Assembly (NCBI RefSeq): GCF_001194135.2
Contig: NC_068982.1
Coordinates: forward strand, 102,292,231 to 102,330,352
DNA length: 38,122 bases
From: Octopus bimaculoides
Lineage: Eukaryota
Reading direction: 5' to 3'
Below the pieces are notes generated by a model, which saw only the letters and a list, made by a program, of their open reading frames with translations, had not been told where the DNA came from and searched no databases. The stretch's first letter is position 1. Every line of letters starts with the position of its first letter. Both the position numbers and the translations under genes were made by a program. Positions 22,240-35,101 of this stretch are shown in pieces.

Positions 22240-22700
22240 CTGATTGCAAGTCTACTTCGTGAAATTTGCCCGCACTATAACATATCGAGTAGAAAGGAGT
22301 GGTACACATACACAACATTAAAAAAGGGGTCACCGAACATGATAATGCTATAATCTAGGATATGCCAATCAACACAAACAGGGGGGGGGTCAAAGATAAT
22401 AGACCGGATATTGTTAACAGGGATCACCAGGAAAGGACATTTTTCCTAATTAAAATATTAGCACGAAAAGAAGACAATATATCTTTCAAAATAACGGTGA
22501 AATTTTCCAAATATATAGATCTGGAAATAAATAAAGTCAGAATGTAAGGGTTACAAAAGAGAAACTGACTCGATACTAATAGGCTTTTGGGAAATGATAT
22601 AAAACATCACCACACAAGAAGTTGTACACTGGACAAATTAACATTGCTGTGCTCGGTAGTGTAGTGAAAACACGCGATAAAAATAAGATTACTGAATAAT
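22240..22700 (+). mobile_element. R4/Dong-type LINE RLE domain fragment (family 2) with 3' UTR
   Basis: EICPHYNISSRKEWY; DMPINTN...KDNRPDIVNRD (PD-(D/E)xK endonuclease RPDI motif); KFSKYIDLEI. The 3' UTR matches 11680-11735. Confidence 0.8.
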
Positions 22701-22796
22701 GATGATGAGGAGGAGGAGAAGGAGGAGGAGGAGGAGGAGGGGAAGAAGAAGAAGAAGAAGAAGAAGAAGAAGAGGAACAACAACAACAATAATAAA
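22697..22796. repeat. Compound trinucleotide microsatellite (GAT)-(GGA)-(GAA)-(CAA)-(TAA)
   Basis: Read directly from the sequence. It begins at the LINE tail. Confidence 0.95.
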
Positions 22797-23938
22797 AATA
22801 AATCGTTGAATAGCTAAACACCGTAATTCCCTAATTAATTTTTAATACGTAATTCTCTAGTCTGTTGTGTGTGTCTATTTGCACGTGACTGTATGTGTGT
22901 ATACACAAATGCTTGTGTATGAACCAGTACGTGCGGAAAGGTCAATGTCGTTGAATGTACGTATATGTGTCTCCGTGTTTGTGAGTGCGTGCGCATAAAT
23001 AAGAATCTGTATGTACAAGCATTATGTGTGTTTATGTTCGTGTTTTGTATGTTGCATATTTGAGCGAAGACAAAAGCTGTCCGGATTGTTATCCAAATTT
23101 AAATCCTTTTCTCTGAGGGAAGAAGAAGTAAAAGATAATAAACAGAAAATATGTTGTTCCATTAACGAACGTAAAAAATAGAAAGCTGTATTGTCTCTTA
23201 AGGACTTAATACTGCTGGATTTTATAGCATGAGATTATAACTATGAATATTTCAGTTGATATTAGCAATATGGTGGGCGACAAATTAATTTAACTCATTA
23301 ATCATCTATGAAAATTACATATTTAATGTGACGTATAAAAATGCCGTTAAAACAAACGCCAGAATTATTCGTTTTGCCATGTATATTTTCTATTATAAAG
23401 TAAAATATAATAAATTATAATATTAATGCAAACGAAATAACCTAGCGGTTAATTAATAATATATATAGGGTTTTTGTTTCTATTTTAGCAAAAAAATTTT
23501 AAACATAAAAAAGTATTCTTTCAATGTTTGCTAATTTTTATTTTTATTTATCTCTTGGGAATCACAGATGTCCGAGTCACTATGGTGCCGATCGATTGAC
23601 AGCAGGATCCTGAACTGATATCTCGATACCGACTTTCAAATGTGACTAGTAAAGTTGTGTAATTGCCAACAACGCTGATAACTTGGTGTGGGGAACAAAA
23701 AAAGAACGTCCAGTGCTGGAAGGCAATGCGAGTATTACTAATGACAAGTGGTTCGTGTTATTTTCAGTGCTGTTCTCTAAATTTCTCGTATTTAGCTCGA
23801 AGAAAAGTGGCTCCGCCAAATGTACTTCCTCCACGAATACACGATATGAAGACAGATTTTTGCTTTTTTTTTTTCCTTTAGCGGTATTCCACTGCATCCC
23901 ACGGTGTTGTCGGGGGGAATGGAGAGAAGGTGGTGGAA

Positions 23939-24040
23939 AGAAGAAGAAGAAGAAGAAGAAGAAGAAGAAGAAGAAGAAGAAGAAGAAGAAGAAGAAGAAG
24001 AAGAAGACAATGATGATGAGGATGATGATGATATGATGAT
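23939..24040. repeat. (GAA)n followed by (GAT)n microsatellite
   Basis: Read directly from the sequence. It produces the spurious poly-K and poly-S ORFs. Confidence 0.97.
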
Positions 24041-24330
24041 CAGCCTATTTCATAGGAGAAGGAGAATGAAGATAGTCTAAACCGACAAGTATTTTTTCCA
24101 GACTTTCTAAATTGACCAATATAATACATTGTTATAGTATAAAGTTTTAAACTATATTTATATTAAGAAACAACGATAGTTTTGAGTGACAACTCACATT
24201 GACATTATTAAGTAAAATACAATGTAGAAATGTTGGTGTATGTTGAGTTTGTATTGAAAAAAATCCTATTCTAATTGTAATTTAACTGCAATGTTTTTAC
24301 AATACAGACAACGTTTTGATAAACGAAAGT

Positions 24331-24343
24331 ATAGATAGATAGG

Positions 24344-24393
<50 letters not shown>

Positions 24394-24457
24394 CATACAT
24401 ACATACATACATACATACATACGTACGTACGTACGTACATACATACATACATACATA
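24331..24457. repeat. Compound tetranucleotide microsatellite (TAGA)-(TACA)-(TACG)-(TACA)
   Basis: Read directly from the sequence. Confidence 0.97.
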
Positions 24458-24522
24458 TAAGCAATATTACCGTAGAGAATATGGAGACGGGTACATCCTC
24501 AAAATTTATTTCTTTTTCTTTA

Positions 24523-24706
24523 CGTTGTGGGGAATTAGTAATAATGGTACACATGTCCCACATGACAAATGGAATAACCTAGTCACTATGAGTAAAGAGA
24601 GTACGTAGTTGGCGGTCAGAGACAGCCGTGTCTTTACTGGTTTTACTAAGTATACTGTATACCGAAATGGGCGTTATAATAATCTAACGTTAAAAGGATT
24701 ATAACA
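24523..24706 (+). repeat. 5' LTR of the Gypsy element
   Basis: Direct repeat of 27061-27243. Ends in ...ataaCA, followed by the PBS. Confidence 0.9.
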
Positions 24707-24707
24707 C

Positions 24708-24720
24708 TGGCGACGAGGAT
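24708..24720 (+). other. Primer-binding site complementary to the 3' end of tRNA-Ser(GCU)
   Basis: TGGCGACGAGGAT is the reverse complement of ATCCTCGTCG-CCA, the 3' end of metazoan tRNA-Ser(GCU) as I recall it. It lies 1 nt after the LTR. Confidence 0.75.
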
Positions 24721-27060
24721 TTAAACGACTCATCAGGAATTAATAAACTCGACGAGTTAACAAACTCACAAAGTATTTTTTGTGTGAGTTTTACGAAAAC
24801 AAATCGTAAAAAATTATGGAAAATTTGTTGACTTGTTTGCTAGAGTTGCAAAAACAGCAACAACGACAACTATAAGAAGAACAACAGCAATTACTATTAC
24901 AGCAACAAATGCTGCAATTAATGAAGTCGTCAGGAAAATCAGAAAAAGAGTTCTCACCAGACTATGTCGCGAACTCTATAACAGAGTTTCAATACGAACC
25001 TGACGAAGGAGTTAACTTCGAAGCATACTACAGAAGATATGAGCAAATCTTCGAGAAAGAATGTAAAGATTGGGACAAGATGAAAATGAGCGTAAACTTG
25101 AGGAAACTGACCGTAACAGAACATGAACGATACAGTAATTATGTACTCCCAAGAAAACCTTCGGACATAAACTTTAATGACACAATAGATATATTGTGTA
25201 AAATTTTCAGTGAAAAAAGCTCATTGTTCAACACATGTTGGAAGTGTTTGAACATAGAGAAAAGCGACGGCGAGAACTACATCACATATGCTGGTAGAGT
25301 AAACAGGGAATGAGAGAAGTTTAAGCAGGACGAATTAACGCCAGATTTTTACACAGGGATTACTGCCGAAAAGGACGCAGAAATTAAAACTAGAATTGTC
25401 GCAAAGCTGCAACAAAACCAGGATATAACCCTATAGAAGAATGTGAAAGGATAGTCAAATTAAAACATGACCCAGGAAATTAAACGTAAAGATTATTTCC
25501 AAATGAAGCAAGTGCGAAATAATATGAATTGAGATAAAGTGTTTTCTAAAATAGCACAACAAGAATCAGGAAATAAACCCATATTTTGCATGTGGAGGTA
25601 TACACGTGAGGAAAAATTCTCCATTTAAAAAATCTGAGTATTTTCGTTGTGGAAATTTAGGACATATACAGACGCACAGTAGAACAAAGGAAAAAGAATA
25701 AATGATATGTCATCGGGAGAAATTGGTAATATAATAAAGATGAGGAAATTTTGTGAAAATGAAAATCAGAGGAAATTTGTGATGATAATCAGAAATACAA
25801 ATGTTAAAATGAAATTAGAGACTGCAAGTTATATTACCATTATAAACGAAAAAAAAAAAACTTGAAATATGTTGGTAAGCCAAAATTATTTAAATCGAAA
25901 GGGTAGCACGTGGTGTTACGGAAAAAGATTATATTTTTTCGGTGAATTCGTATGTAATGTAAGATTTCGGGGTCAAACAAAAAAGGCAAAGATATATGTG
26001 CTAAAAAGTTCACTTAATGTGTTCTGCACAGAGTGGATGGAACTATTCAAAGTATGGAATACGCCCATAAGTGTTTTGTGTGGAAATATAGTCGGTTAAG
26101 TCGAAGGTTTCAGTAAAACAAAGTGGAACACATGTATGTAAGCCAAAACGAAGTGAAAAACTGCCCACGATAAACAGTAAACATTGGCCAAAAGTAGATG
26201 TTCCTTGGTCGAGACTACACATCGATTTCACTTGTCCTTTAAACGGTTCTTACTACTTAGTGGTAGTTGATAGTTTTTCGAAATGACCTGAAATTTGTAA
26301 GTATAAAAAAACCAACCTCCTCAACTGAGATAAATTTTTAACACGAATTGTTTGCAAGATAGTGGCTGACAATGGAACGCAATTTGGGTCTAGTGAATTT
26401 TTAAAAATTGTGAAGCGTTTGCGGTAGAACATATAACCATGCGCTATATCACCCCAGATCTAACGACAGGCAGAAAGCTTTGTCGATACCTTCAAAAGAG
26501 CCCTAATACAATAGAATAAGGAAGTTACAGATGAGGTAGCTCTTCAACAATTTTTAAGAGTGTACCCTGTGATACCAAATCCGAATGCACCAGCAAGTAG
26601 CTCACCAGCGGAGCTGATGTTTGCCAGGGAAGACATATTCTTTAAAGTTGGTGAAAAGGTGTATATGTGGGCATACAAGAATGGAAAGTAGAATTGGGAT
26701 GATAATTACCAAATGCGTAGGTAAAATTATGTATTGGGTAAAAAGTAGAAAGTAGATAAGGCATACAAAAGAGACACAGGAACTAACTGAAAAAGAGATT
26801 CGTGGAAAGCAAACCAAAGAAGTTGGAGGGACCGATGGAATGGTTGTACGATACATTCCAAGTACCAACTCCACTGCAGGTGATTGAACCCAGGCTTACA
26901 AGTGAGAGGAAAAGAAAACATACAGAGTTCCAGAAAATAGATGCCAAGCGCAAAAAATGTTAAATTGTACGAAAAAGAACTAAAAAAGAAAAGTGGAGTG
27001 AATAAAAATAAATTATTGCTAAATAAAATGACATTTCGTAAGAAAAACTTAAAAGGGAGA

Positions 27061-27243
27061 TATCATAGGGAATTGGCAGTTATGGTACACCCCTCCCACG
27101 TGGACAAATGGAATAACCAAGTCACTATAAGCAAAGAGAGTACGTAGTAGGCGGTCAGAGATAGTCGTGTCTACTGGTTTTACTAAGTATACTGTATACT
27201 TAAGTAGGCATTATTACAACCCAACATTATAAGGAGTATAATA
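27061..27243 (+). repeat. 3' LTR of the Gypsy element
   Basis: Direct repeat of 24523-24706, preceded by a polypurine tract. Confidence 0.9.
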
Positions 27244-27724
27244 CTTTTACCATGTCATAGAGCATATTTTTTTAGCTACGGTGATCTACACGTGTTTCCC
27301 TTGCTCAGGGTATGGGCAGTTGCACATGCAACCGGACATAATTTTTTTGTGCAGCTTCGTTCAGGGTCCTTCAACTAGTTGAAGTGGAAACACGAGTTAG
27401 TCGTCGTAACAATGAAAATATGCTGTCTGACATTGTAAAATAAAATTTTAAAAATTCCATTTTGCAAAAACATTTGTGGACGTATCAGTCTCCATTTTCT
27501 CTATCGTTATAACTATTACTAACATACACTCCATATAATATTACCATCCAGTGAAGCGAATACGGAATTACTCATTGGAGGAATTTACAGCGTAAAGGAT
27601 GACTCGTAGTAGCCAAAGATGTGAAACAATAATCGATGCGCTTATCCATAACCTGGAACACCACAGTTGATAGCTGAGCTATCACAGTATCCACCCGGAA
27701 AATATAATCCTCTAAACCTACGTA

Positions 27725-27767
<43 letters not shown>

Positions 27768-27860
27768 NNNNNNNNNNNNNNNNNNNNNNNNNNNNNNNNN
27801 NNNNNNNNNNNNNNNNNNNNNNNNNNNNNNNNNNNNNNNNNNNNNNNNNNNNNNATGTCG

Positions 27861-27891
<31 letters not shown>

Positions 27892-28291
27892 TATATTCTG
27901 TTAAGGACGTAGTAAGGTACAGTGTAAAGCCCGTCGACCTTCAGATTTGCCCTGTGCTATCCAAATTTGCCTTTGGGCATCTGTCGTGCGTGAATAAAGA
28001 ATTGAAAAAACTGGAGTCAACAAGAAAGCTAATCTCTGTGACTACTAGTAAATTCAAGCCACGGTAGTTAGAGAAGATGTTCTTGAAGCGGAAGATTTTG
28101 AACTTACGGAGACAATATTTACATATCGCCTGAGGAAACACAACTAGATCTGATAATGCGGTTACATAACCAAGTGCTTGCACGCCTCGAGAACTACGTT
28201 GATGGGAAACAATTGTAGTGATTAAAAATAAATGTCCAACAGTACTCCTTGTTGACTCCATTTTGTTTTCAATTATATATACATACATACA

Positions 28292-28328
<37 letters not shown>

Positions 28329-28656
28329 NNNNNNNNNNNNNNNNNNNNNNNNNNNNNNNNNNNNNNNNNNNNNNNNNNNNNNNNNNNNNNNNNNNNNNNN
28401 NNNNNNNNNNNNNNNNNNNNNNNNNNNNNNNNNNNNNNNNNNNNNNNNNNNNNNNNNNNNNNNNNNNNNNNNNNNNNNNNNNNNNNNNNNNNNNNNNNNN
28501 NNNNNNNNNNNNNNNNNNNNNNNNNNNNNNNNNNNNNNNNNNNNNNNNNNNNNNNNNNNNNNNNNNNNNNNNNNNNTTATGGCGTATCTGAAGATACCGC
28601 AACTCCATAAACCGGCCGTCGCCAGGAAAAAATATATATATAAATATATATGTATG

Positions 28657-28688
<32 letters not shown>

Positions 28689-29734
28689 ATAGAGCAGATA
28701 ACAACATTTTTTTATTTATTTTTGGATTAATCATTCTACCGATGGCTTCATGCAAAAATTCTAATTCCATATAGAGACAGATTACCAACATTATAAAGTT
28801 GGAACGACGCTTGAAAATTGCAAGTTTGTCACATGGAATCAATGGCAGCATTTCATCTAATAAGCTATAAATGATTTAACCCAAACCAATTTTCCTTTTT
28901 GTTTCTAATTTTTGGACTGCTTCAGTGATTGGACTACAGCGATTCTCGAACACTGCTTTCCAGGGTTTCAATTTCTGACACCAACTTTACCTCGTAGTTA
29001 TAATTTATTGTCCTCGTTAGACGCGAAATGAAATGTTGAGAATATAATTAGGAACGATAACTCAGTGAAGCATGAATATCTCAGCGTATTTCTTTCAAAT
29101 ATATTGATATTCATCCTATACTGATATAAATAAACATACACGGCTATGTCGAAGATTAATATTTTCCATTACAGATTTTTCGTATTACTTGATTAGTCCT
29201 TTATATTTAGTGTGGATCAAAATCTTTCCTACGTTTATTAATGCTTCATGACATTTTCGGTTTCATCTTGAGGGTAGAATGATTATATTACAGATAGAAA
29301 TATGAAGTAAAAAAAAAATGTCCGGTGAGATGGAATCATAAACTCGCAAACTTAAGGCGGGGAGGAGTCTATTTCTGTTCGTGTATGCGTGTGTGCGCGC
29401 GCATGCATATGCCAGTATGTGTGTCTGTACCACTGTGTGCCTTGTGTACCCGTGTCGAAGAATATTTCTTTCTTATATAAATATATATATATATACATGT
29501 GTGTGTGTGTGTGTGTGTGTGTNNNNNNNNNNAAAACTGAATATTAACTGCAAAAAGAACTCACTAGAAGTCTAGATATGAATTATTTTATTAAAAATGG
29601 CTTTCGTAATTTCGCTGGTTGAAGGCCTCGCCGGACTGCAAGTGAAACTTCGGCAAAACTTTGAAGTCATGTCAACTTATAATTAAGAAGATGATAAAAT
29701 AATGTATGTGTGTGTATATGTATTTGAGTGTGGT

Positions 29735-29773
<39 letters not shown>

Positions 29774-30409
29774 TTTTGCATGTATTTATTTCCTTTGACT
29801 CAGTTTATTTCTTATGTATATACCTACATGTTCGAGAGTATAGCAGTAGATATATTCAAATATGTGCTTATACAAATGCTTTTGCATATGGATATATAGA
29901 TAGCTGTGAACATGTATACCCACATATGCACATGTACAAGCGCTCGTGTATGCATATACACATGTTCGTAGCTATCCGATAAGTCGTATATTCGTAAGAG
30001 TTTCCGTTCAACAGTCCGAACCATGCATTATTTAAAGTTAGGGTCATAAAACTCTATTTAGCAATATACTATAAACTACAAATGTTACCTTATATATCAA
30101 CTATTTTGACTAACTGAGCTATTGAGTTCTACCTCTTTTTACCTTATTCTTATTACGGAAATGACGCTGAGAAACGTACACTAACTAAATACCATTCCTA
30201 ATTACCAAACCTTAACGAATAAAGATAGTATGAATATGAAACTGCATATCCTCCTGCATTTGATGGAAAATAAGGTGAGGTATGATATGGTAAGTTTCCT
30301 AAATAAAATATTATCAATTAATTGAAATTAGTTGTAGAAAGACAAAGGTAAAATTTGCCGGTAAATGTTAACGATTTCGAAACAAAGCGGGAGATAATTT
30401 GAAGGAATG

Positions 30410-30975
30410 TCAATGTAATGTATCCTTTTACCATTGAAAAGGCAACGACATAAAAACGGCTAATCAGCAAAGTGGAAAATATCATCAAAAGGAAGCGCTG
30501 GAAATAAAAGTTTTAAGAGAACAACCACATAACTCTACCAAATGACACGTTCAGAATAGAAACATGGAACTGCCCATCCAGGATCAAATAACTCAGCAAC
30601 TTTGAAGCGGAATTCCTTGAAACCAACAGCATCATTTATAAATTACAATAATATTTTCCAGTATAAACTGAAAGCTTACATCACGACCATTTTCAGATAA
30701 GACGGAAAATATGTACAAACTAAACCAAGATACGCTAAACACTTAATAAACAATATCACACAAAAATACATGAAAGCGAATACAAAGCACCAACGATAAC
30801 TTTAACCACGGAGCGAAAATAAAAGCCACGTTCTTCAAACTACATAAGAAATTGCAGTGTGCATACGTAAATCTTAAACACCTCAAGGAATACTCACTTA
30901 CAAACCCGAAATAAAGCTAATAAAATCTAAATGTCGGATTGGGAATGTTAGCAAACACATATTTAACAGTATTTA
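30410..30975 (+). mobile_element. Second Penelope-like element fragment (N-terminal region upstream of the RT core), highly decayed
   Basis: KRLISKVENIIKRKRWK resembles the PLE block KRLI.KVE..IKRMRWK. FRIETWNCPSRIK.LSNFEAEFL, NLYKL, LINNITQKY and PEIKLI..SDW..VSKHI (RLINP.KSE.G..SK.IL-like) follow in order. Confidence 0.7.
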
Positions 30976-31833
30976 AGGGAGAGATTGAAAATTTCCAGAT
31001 ATTGCGAATGGAATAGCCNNNNNNNNNNAGAGATTGAAAATTTCCAGATATTTCGAATGGAATAGCCCTAGTGCACTAGTTATCTGCCTTAGAGACATTA
31101 GATATGGAAATGGATGTAAATTCACAGTATGATATTGTCGAATACATACATGCATACATACATACATACATACATACATTAATGCATACATACATTAATA
31201 CATACATATTACGTACGTATTGTGTATGGCGGAGGTGCAGTTTCCTGTGTGCGTTTGTTATGAAGAAAATCAGTTCTCGTGACCTGTTTACAGGGTTTCC
31301 GAGACGGGAAGAGATGGGATGGAGACAAACTGAAACCGGAAACCTGGCCCGGATCCTTGCAACAACGTGGACTCCTATGAAGGTTGTAACGTTGAAACTA
31401 TGCATAATAACACAGACTGTATTTACGGACTTTAGTCCTTAAATGCATAAGCAATGACATTTGTAAAGCTACAGATATACAAGCATCTACAGATTTACAA
31501 GCATCTCCCTGTGTAGCCGAAACAGTCTAAACGTTGTCAGCTGCTTATTTTTCAGAATTACTCCCATTAGTTATACTGTTATGATCTATTTCAAAATGAC
31601 AATTAATAGGAATAATAAACGACAATAGTCAAATTCGGGATAATGGTAAACTGCAATGATTGATTTGGTGAAGAAACTGTATGTTGTAAGATAATTTCTT
31701 TTTAATTTTGAAATAAGCAGACACAAATTGATCAATGTCGCCCTATAAATATGAAAATGCCACCCTAAAAATATGAAAAATTCTTCAATTTGCATAATCT
31801 TTGTTTATATTTGTTTCAGCATGCTGAATTATT

Positions 31834-32942
31834 TACGAGGGTCGGCTAAAAAGTTCATAGGCTGACCAAGTTACTTTCATGGAATATGACCAAATGAGAT
31901 TCATTTTTCAACATAGTCTCCCTTGCGGCCCACGCATTTCTTCCATCAGTATTGCAGCAATTGCATCCCATTGGCGATGAAGTTGTTATCCTGTTGGACA
32001 AAAGAAGTCATCAACAGCAGACATGGCCTCATCAGCACAGCCATACTTGTTCCCAGCCAAGTATTTTTTCATGTTGGCGAACAGATGATCGTCTGATAGG
32101 GCTGAATCAGGAAAATGGGGTGGGTGATCAACTACAATCACGCACAGAGGACCTTGAAACGAAGTACTTGTGATGCTGGAACATTGTCCTGATGAAACAA
32201 GATCCCTTCAGTCAGTTTTCTTGGGCGTTTATTTTTTATAGACTTTCGTAACTGCCCCAGAAAGCTGGAATATAGTTCTTCATTGATGGTGTGACCCTTC
32301 TGGAAGTAGTCAGTAAATAAAATGCATTTTGCATTTCATAAAACTGAGGCCAGATGAAACGACCTTGACTTTCTTTGAAGGGGATTGTCTCTGTCTGTAG
32401 CTCAAAATGATGAGGCCAATATTCATCCTGGCTTAGGAAACATTCAAGGAAACCAGCTTTGATCTGCCTCAATGTCAGATTTTCCTATGATGTCATCAGT
32501 CTAGTGCGCTTTTGATCAGGTGTCAGAAGACATAGCACTCACCGAGAATAAACCTTCCTCATGCCGAGCTCATTGAGGGGAATATTCTCTCACGGGATAT
32601 GCTAAATGTATTGGCTATTTGGTTTATAGTCAATTGCCTATCATCCATCAGCATGTGGTGAACACATTCAATGGTTTCAGTCGGTGGTGGCAATTGCAGG
32701 ACGTCTAGATTCCGGGTCATATTCAAGGGTCTCCCATTCCCCCTAAATTCAGCCACCCACTTTTTCACTGTTGATAAAGTTGGACCCTTATCCCCTAATG
32801 TAGCAACCAAGTCATAGTGAATGTTCTTGGCTGCTAAAGACTTTACCCTGCAGGTGCTAAGAAGAAATTAATTCATGCAAGGTTTCACAATTCTAACATC
32901 ACTCCTTCATAGTCAGACTATGAACGTTTGAGACAAAATGTA
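31834..32942 (-). mobile_element. Mariner (Tc1/mariner, DD34D-type) DNA transposon, decayed transposase pseudogene
   Basis: Left end TA-cgagggtcggctaaaaagttcataggctgacc. Degenerate inverted copy gtcagactatgaacgtttgagacaaaatg-TA at about 32912-32942. Minus-strand peptides TLSTVKKWVAEFR (HTH), DDRQLTINQIA, DYFQKGHTI, LFHQDNVPA and HPPHFPDSALSDDHLF (equivalent to YSPDLAPSDYHLF). Confidence 0.9.
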
Positions 32943-33174
32943 TCTACTCCTCCTGCTGTTCAAACGATCGTAATCCGATAATAAATGTAATATCAGTATA
33001 TTCACTACTTTATTTGTTTAATTTTACTTCTTTAACTTGTGCAAAATATTTGGGATCTACTGAATTACTTTTTCCTTCTATATACCCTGTTAGCTGGGAG
33101 TTTGCATGAATGCTGAATGAGATAATCGCCTACATGTCACTAATTCCGCTTTTCCTTCTTTACATGAACCCCAC

Positions 33175-33265
33175 ACGCGCGCACACAGATATAGAGATAT
33201 AGAGACGCACGCACGCACGCACGCACACACACGCACACAAACACGTACATATATACATACATATA

Positions 33266-33320
<55 letters not shown>

Positions 33321-33380
33321 ATGTATGTATGTATATATGTGTATGTATGTACCAGGTGTATGTACGCATATATGTGGCCT
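33175..33380. repeat. Compound (CG/CA/TA/TG) microsatellite
   Basis: Read directly from the sequence. Confidence 0.95.
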
Positions 33381-34156
33381 GCGTATGGTTAAGAATTTCA
33401 CTTCGTACCACCAGAGAGCCCCATGCGATCCCATTACTTAATATCTTGAGCAATTGTACTTTTTTTCTTTATCTCATATCGTATATATATTTAGTCTTCT
33501 GTTTTGGTATTGATGGAATCAGTATAAAAGTACTTCCCAGCGCCAGATAAATATTATTCAAACGTGGGCTACTATAAATACAGTAATTGTAGGAGTTTGT
33601 TGTATAGCGTACCGTGTTCTATACTGCAAATCTTTCAGGCTCGCGCACATGCACACACAAATGACATACATACACACACACACACACACATACTCACACA
33701 CACGCGCGCACACGCACTCACACACATACATCTACTAATATGAACGTACCAGTTTAGGTCTCATATATGATCCATGCGTCTGTATATTTATATGTTAATT
33801 GTAATACGAGTGTTCAGTTTGTGTGTACATGTAGAAAGAGACGATTACTTCAATTCAATTTACTCTTCCCGGATGTTGCCTATTGGAAAGAGAACAGAGT
33901 GTAGGAAATAGAAAATAGAAAATACATATGTAAAGAAATGTAGAAGAAATAAACATTCAATGGGTATATTTCTGTCTCACCTATTTTGAATCTACAGTGT
34001 CTCTCTCTATAAGTTCACAATTAATATATCAATGGTTTGAGGTCACATTCATTCCGTTAGGTAGAATAAAATTCTAATAGGAAATGTTTCACAGTGAATG
34101 AAAATGAAAATAGAAGGAAATTAAATAAATCACAACAATTAAAAAAACAATTGTAT

Positions 34157-34316
34157 TGGTTTCAAATTTTGACACAAAACCAACAATTTCGAGCGAGGGT
34201 GTAAGTCGACCCCAGTGCTCAACTGGTACTTAATTTATCGAACTCCAAAAGGATGAAAGGCAAAGCCCTCCTCGGCGGACTTTGGTCTCAGAACAATTCT
34301 GACAGCTCGCCGCTCT
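34157..34316 (-). mobile_element. Family A SINE, internally deleted
   Basis: ttggtttcaaattttgacacaaaacc...gtcgaccccagtgctcaactggtacttaatttatcg...ggatgaaaggcaaag...ctcagaac|aattctgacagctcgccg. Confidence 0.8.
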
Positions 34317-34718
34317 AAATTTAAAACTAACATCAAAGATAATATATGTATATACAGTGTTGGTGGGTATGATACCTCTTTATAAATATTTCTAATGTTC
34401 TTTTTAGTTGGTGACTTCACATATCTTGGCATATGTAATTAATTTTTCTGCGACGATCTAAAAATTTGGTGTTAATTTGGGGGATTCACAAACACTTAAA
34501 AAGCCTTTAAATTCACCATATTATGGATGATCTGAGATGCATCATCAGTGATGTTTCACTTAGATTTAGGAAGTTTTCGACCTTTCAACCTCAGACTCTT
34601 TCACCCAGTTAATAAATATGGGAGTGAGACGAAAAATCCTTCTGTTGCAGTCAGTGGGAAGACGCCAAAGTACTTTCGGCTTTATAAAGCCTTTTCACTT
34701 AAGTGTATTCGTTGACAG

Positions 34719-35101
34719 TGGAGGCGCAATGGCCCAGTGGTTAGGGCAGCGGACTCGCGGTCATAGGATCGCGGTTTCGATTCCCAGACCGGGCGTTGTG
34801 AGTGTTTAATGAGCGAAAACACCTAAAGCTCCACGAGGCTCCGGCAGCGAATGGTGGCGAACCCTGCTGTACTCCTTCACCACAACTTTCTCTCACTCTT
34901 ACTTCCTGTTTCTGTTGTGCCTGTAATTCAAAGGGTCAGCCTTGTCACATTGTGTCACGCTGAATATCCCCGAGAACTACGTTAAGGGTACACGTGTCTG
35001 TGGAGTGCTTAGCCACTTGCATGTTAATTTCACGAGCAGGCTGTTCCGTTGATCGGATCAACTGGAACCCTCGACGTCGTAAGCGACGGAGTGCCAAGAA
35101 C
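34719..35101 (+). mobile_element. Full-length tRNA-derived SINE (family B) with perfect 10-bp target-site duplication
   Basis: A box TGGCCCAGTGG at 34730-34740 and B box GGTTTCGATTCCC at 34773-34785. TSD tcgttgacag at 34709-34718 and 35102-35111. CpG-rich body. Confidence 0.9.

Larger units (their letters stand above)
24523..27243 (+). mobile_element. Ty3/Gypsy LTR retrotransposon (Mag/K02A2.6-like), internally deleted: lacks RT and RNase H
   Basis: LTRs at 24523-24706 and 27061-27243 (about 184 bp, alignable end to end). PBS TGGCGACGAGGAT at 24708-24720. PPT aaaagggaga at 27051-27060. Flanks cttta and ctttt (candidate 5-bp TSD, 1 mismatch). gag from ATG 24816 (NSITEFQYEPDEGVNFEAYYRRYEQIF...) with two decayed Zn knuckles at about 25575-25690. 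Protease VKMKLETASYITIIN (D to E). Integrase PWSRLHIDF..YYLVVVDSFSK, VADNGTQF, RA(E)SFVDTFKRAL. Confidence 0.92.

Noticed and set aside
30980-31067. 39-bp direct repeat flanking a 10-N gap
   Set aside because: Near-identical contig ends on either side of a minimal gap, with one mismatch. Most likely an unmerged overlap or haplotype artifact.
34530-34565. Minus-strand GAAAC...CUGAUGA
   Set aside because: The spacing is too short for stems III and I, and no closing stem II exists.
34719-34790. tRNA gene
   Set aside because: The tRNA-like head lacks a complete cloverleaf and acceptor stem and continues into a 380-bp body bounded by a TSD, so it is a SINE.
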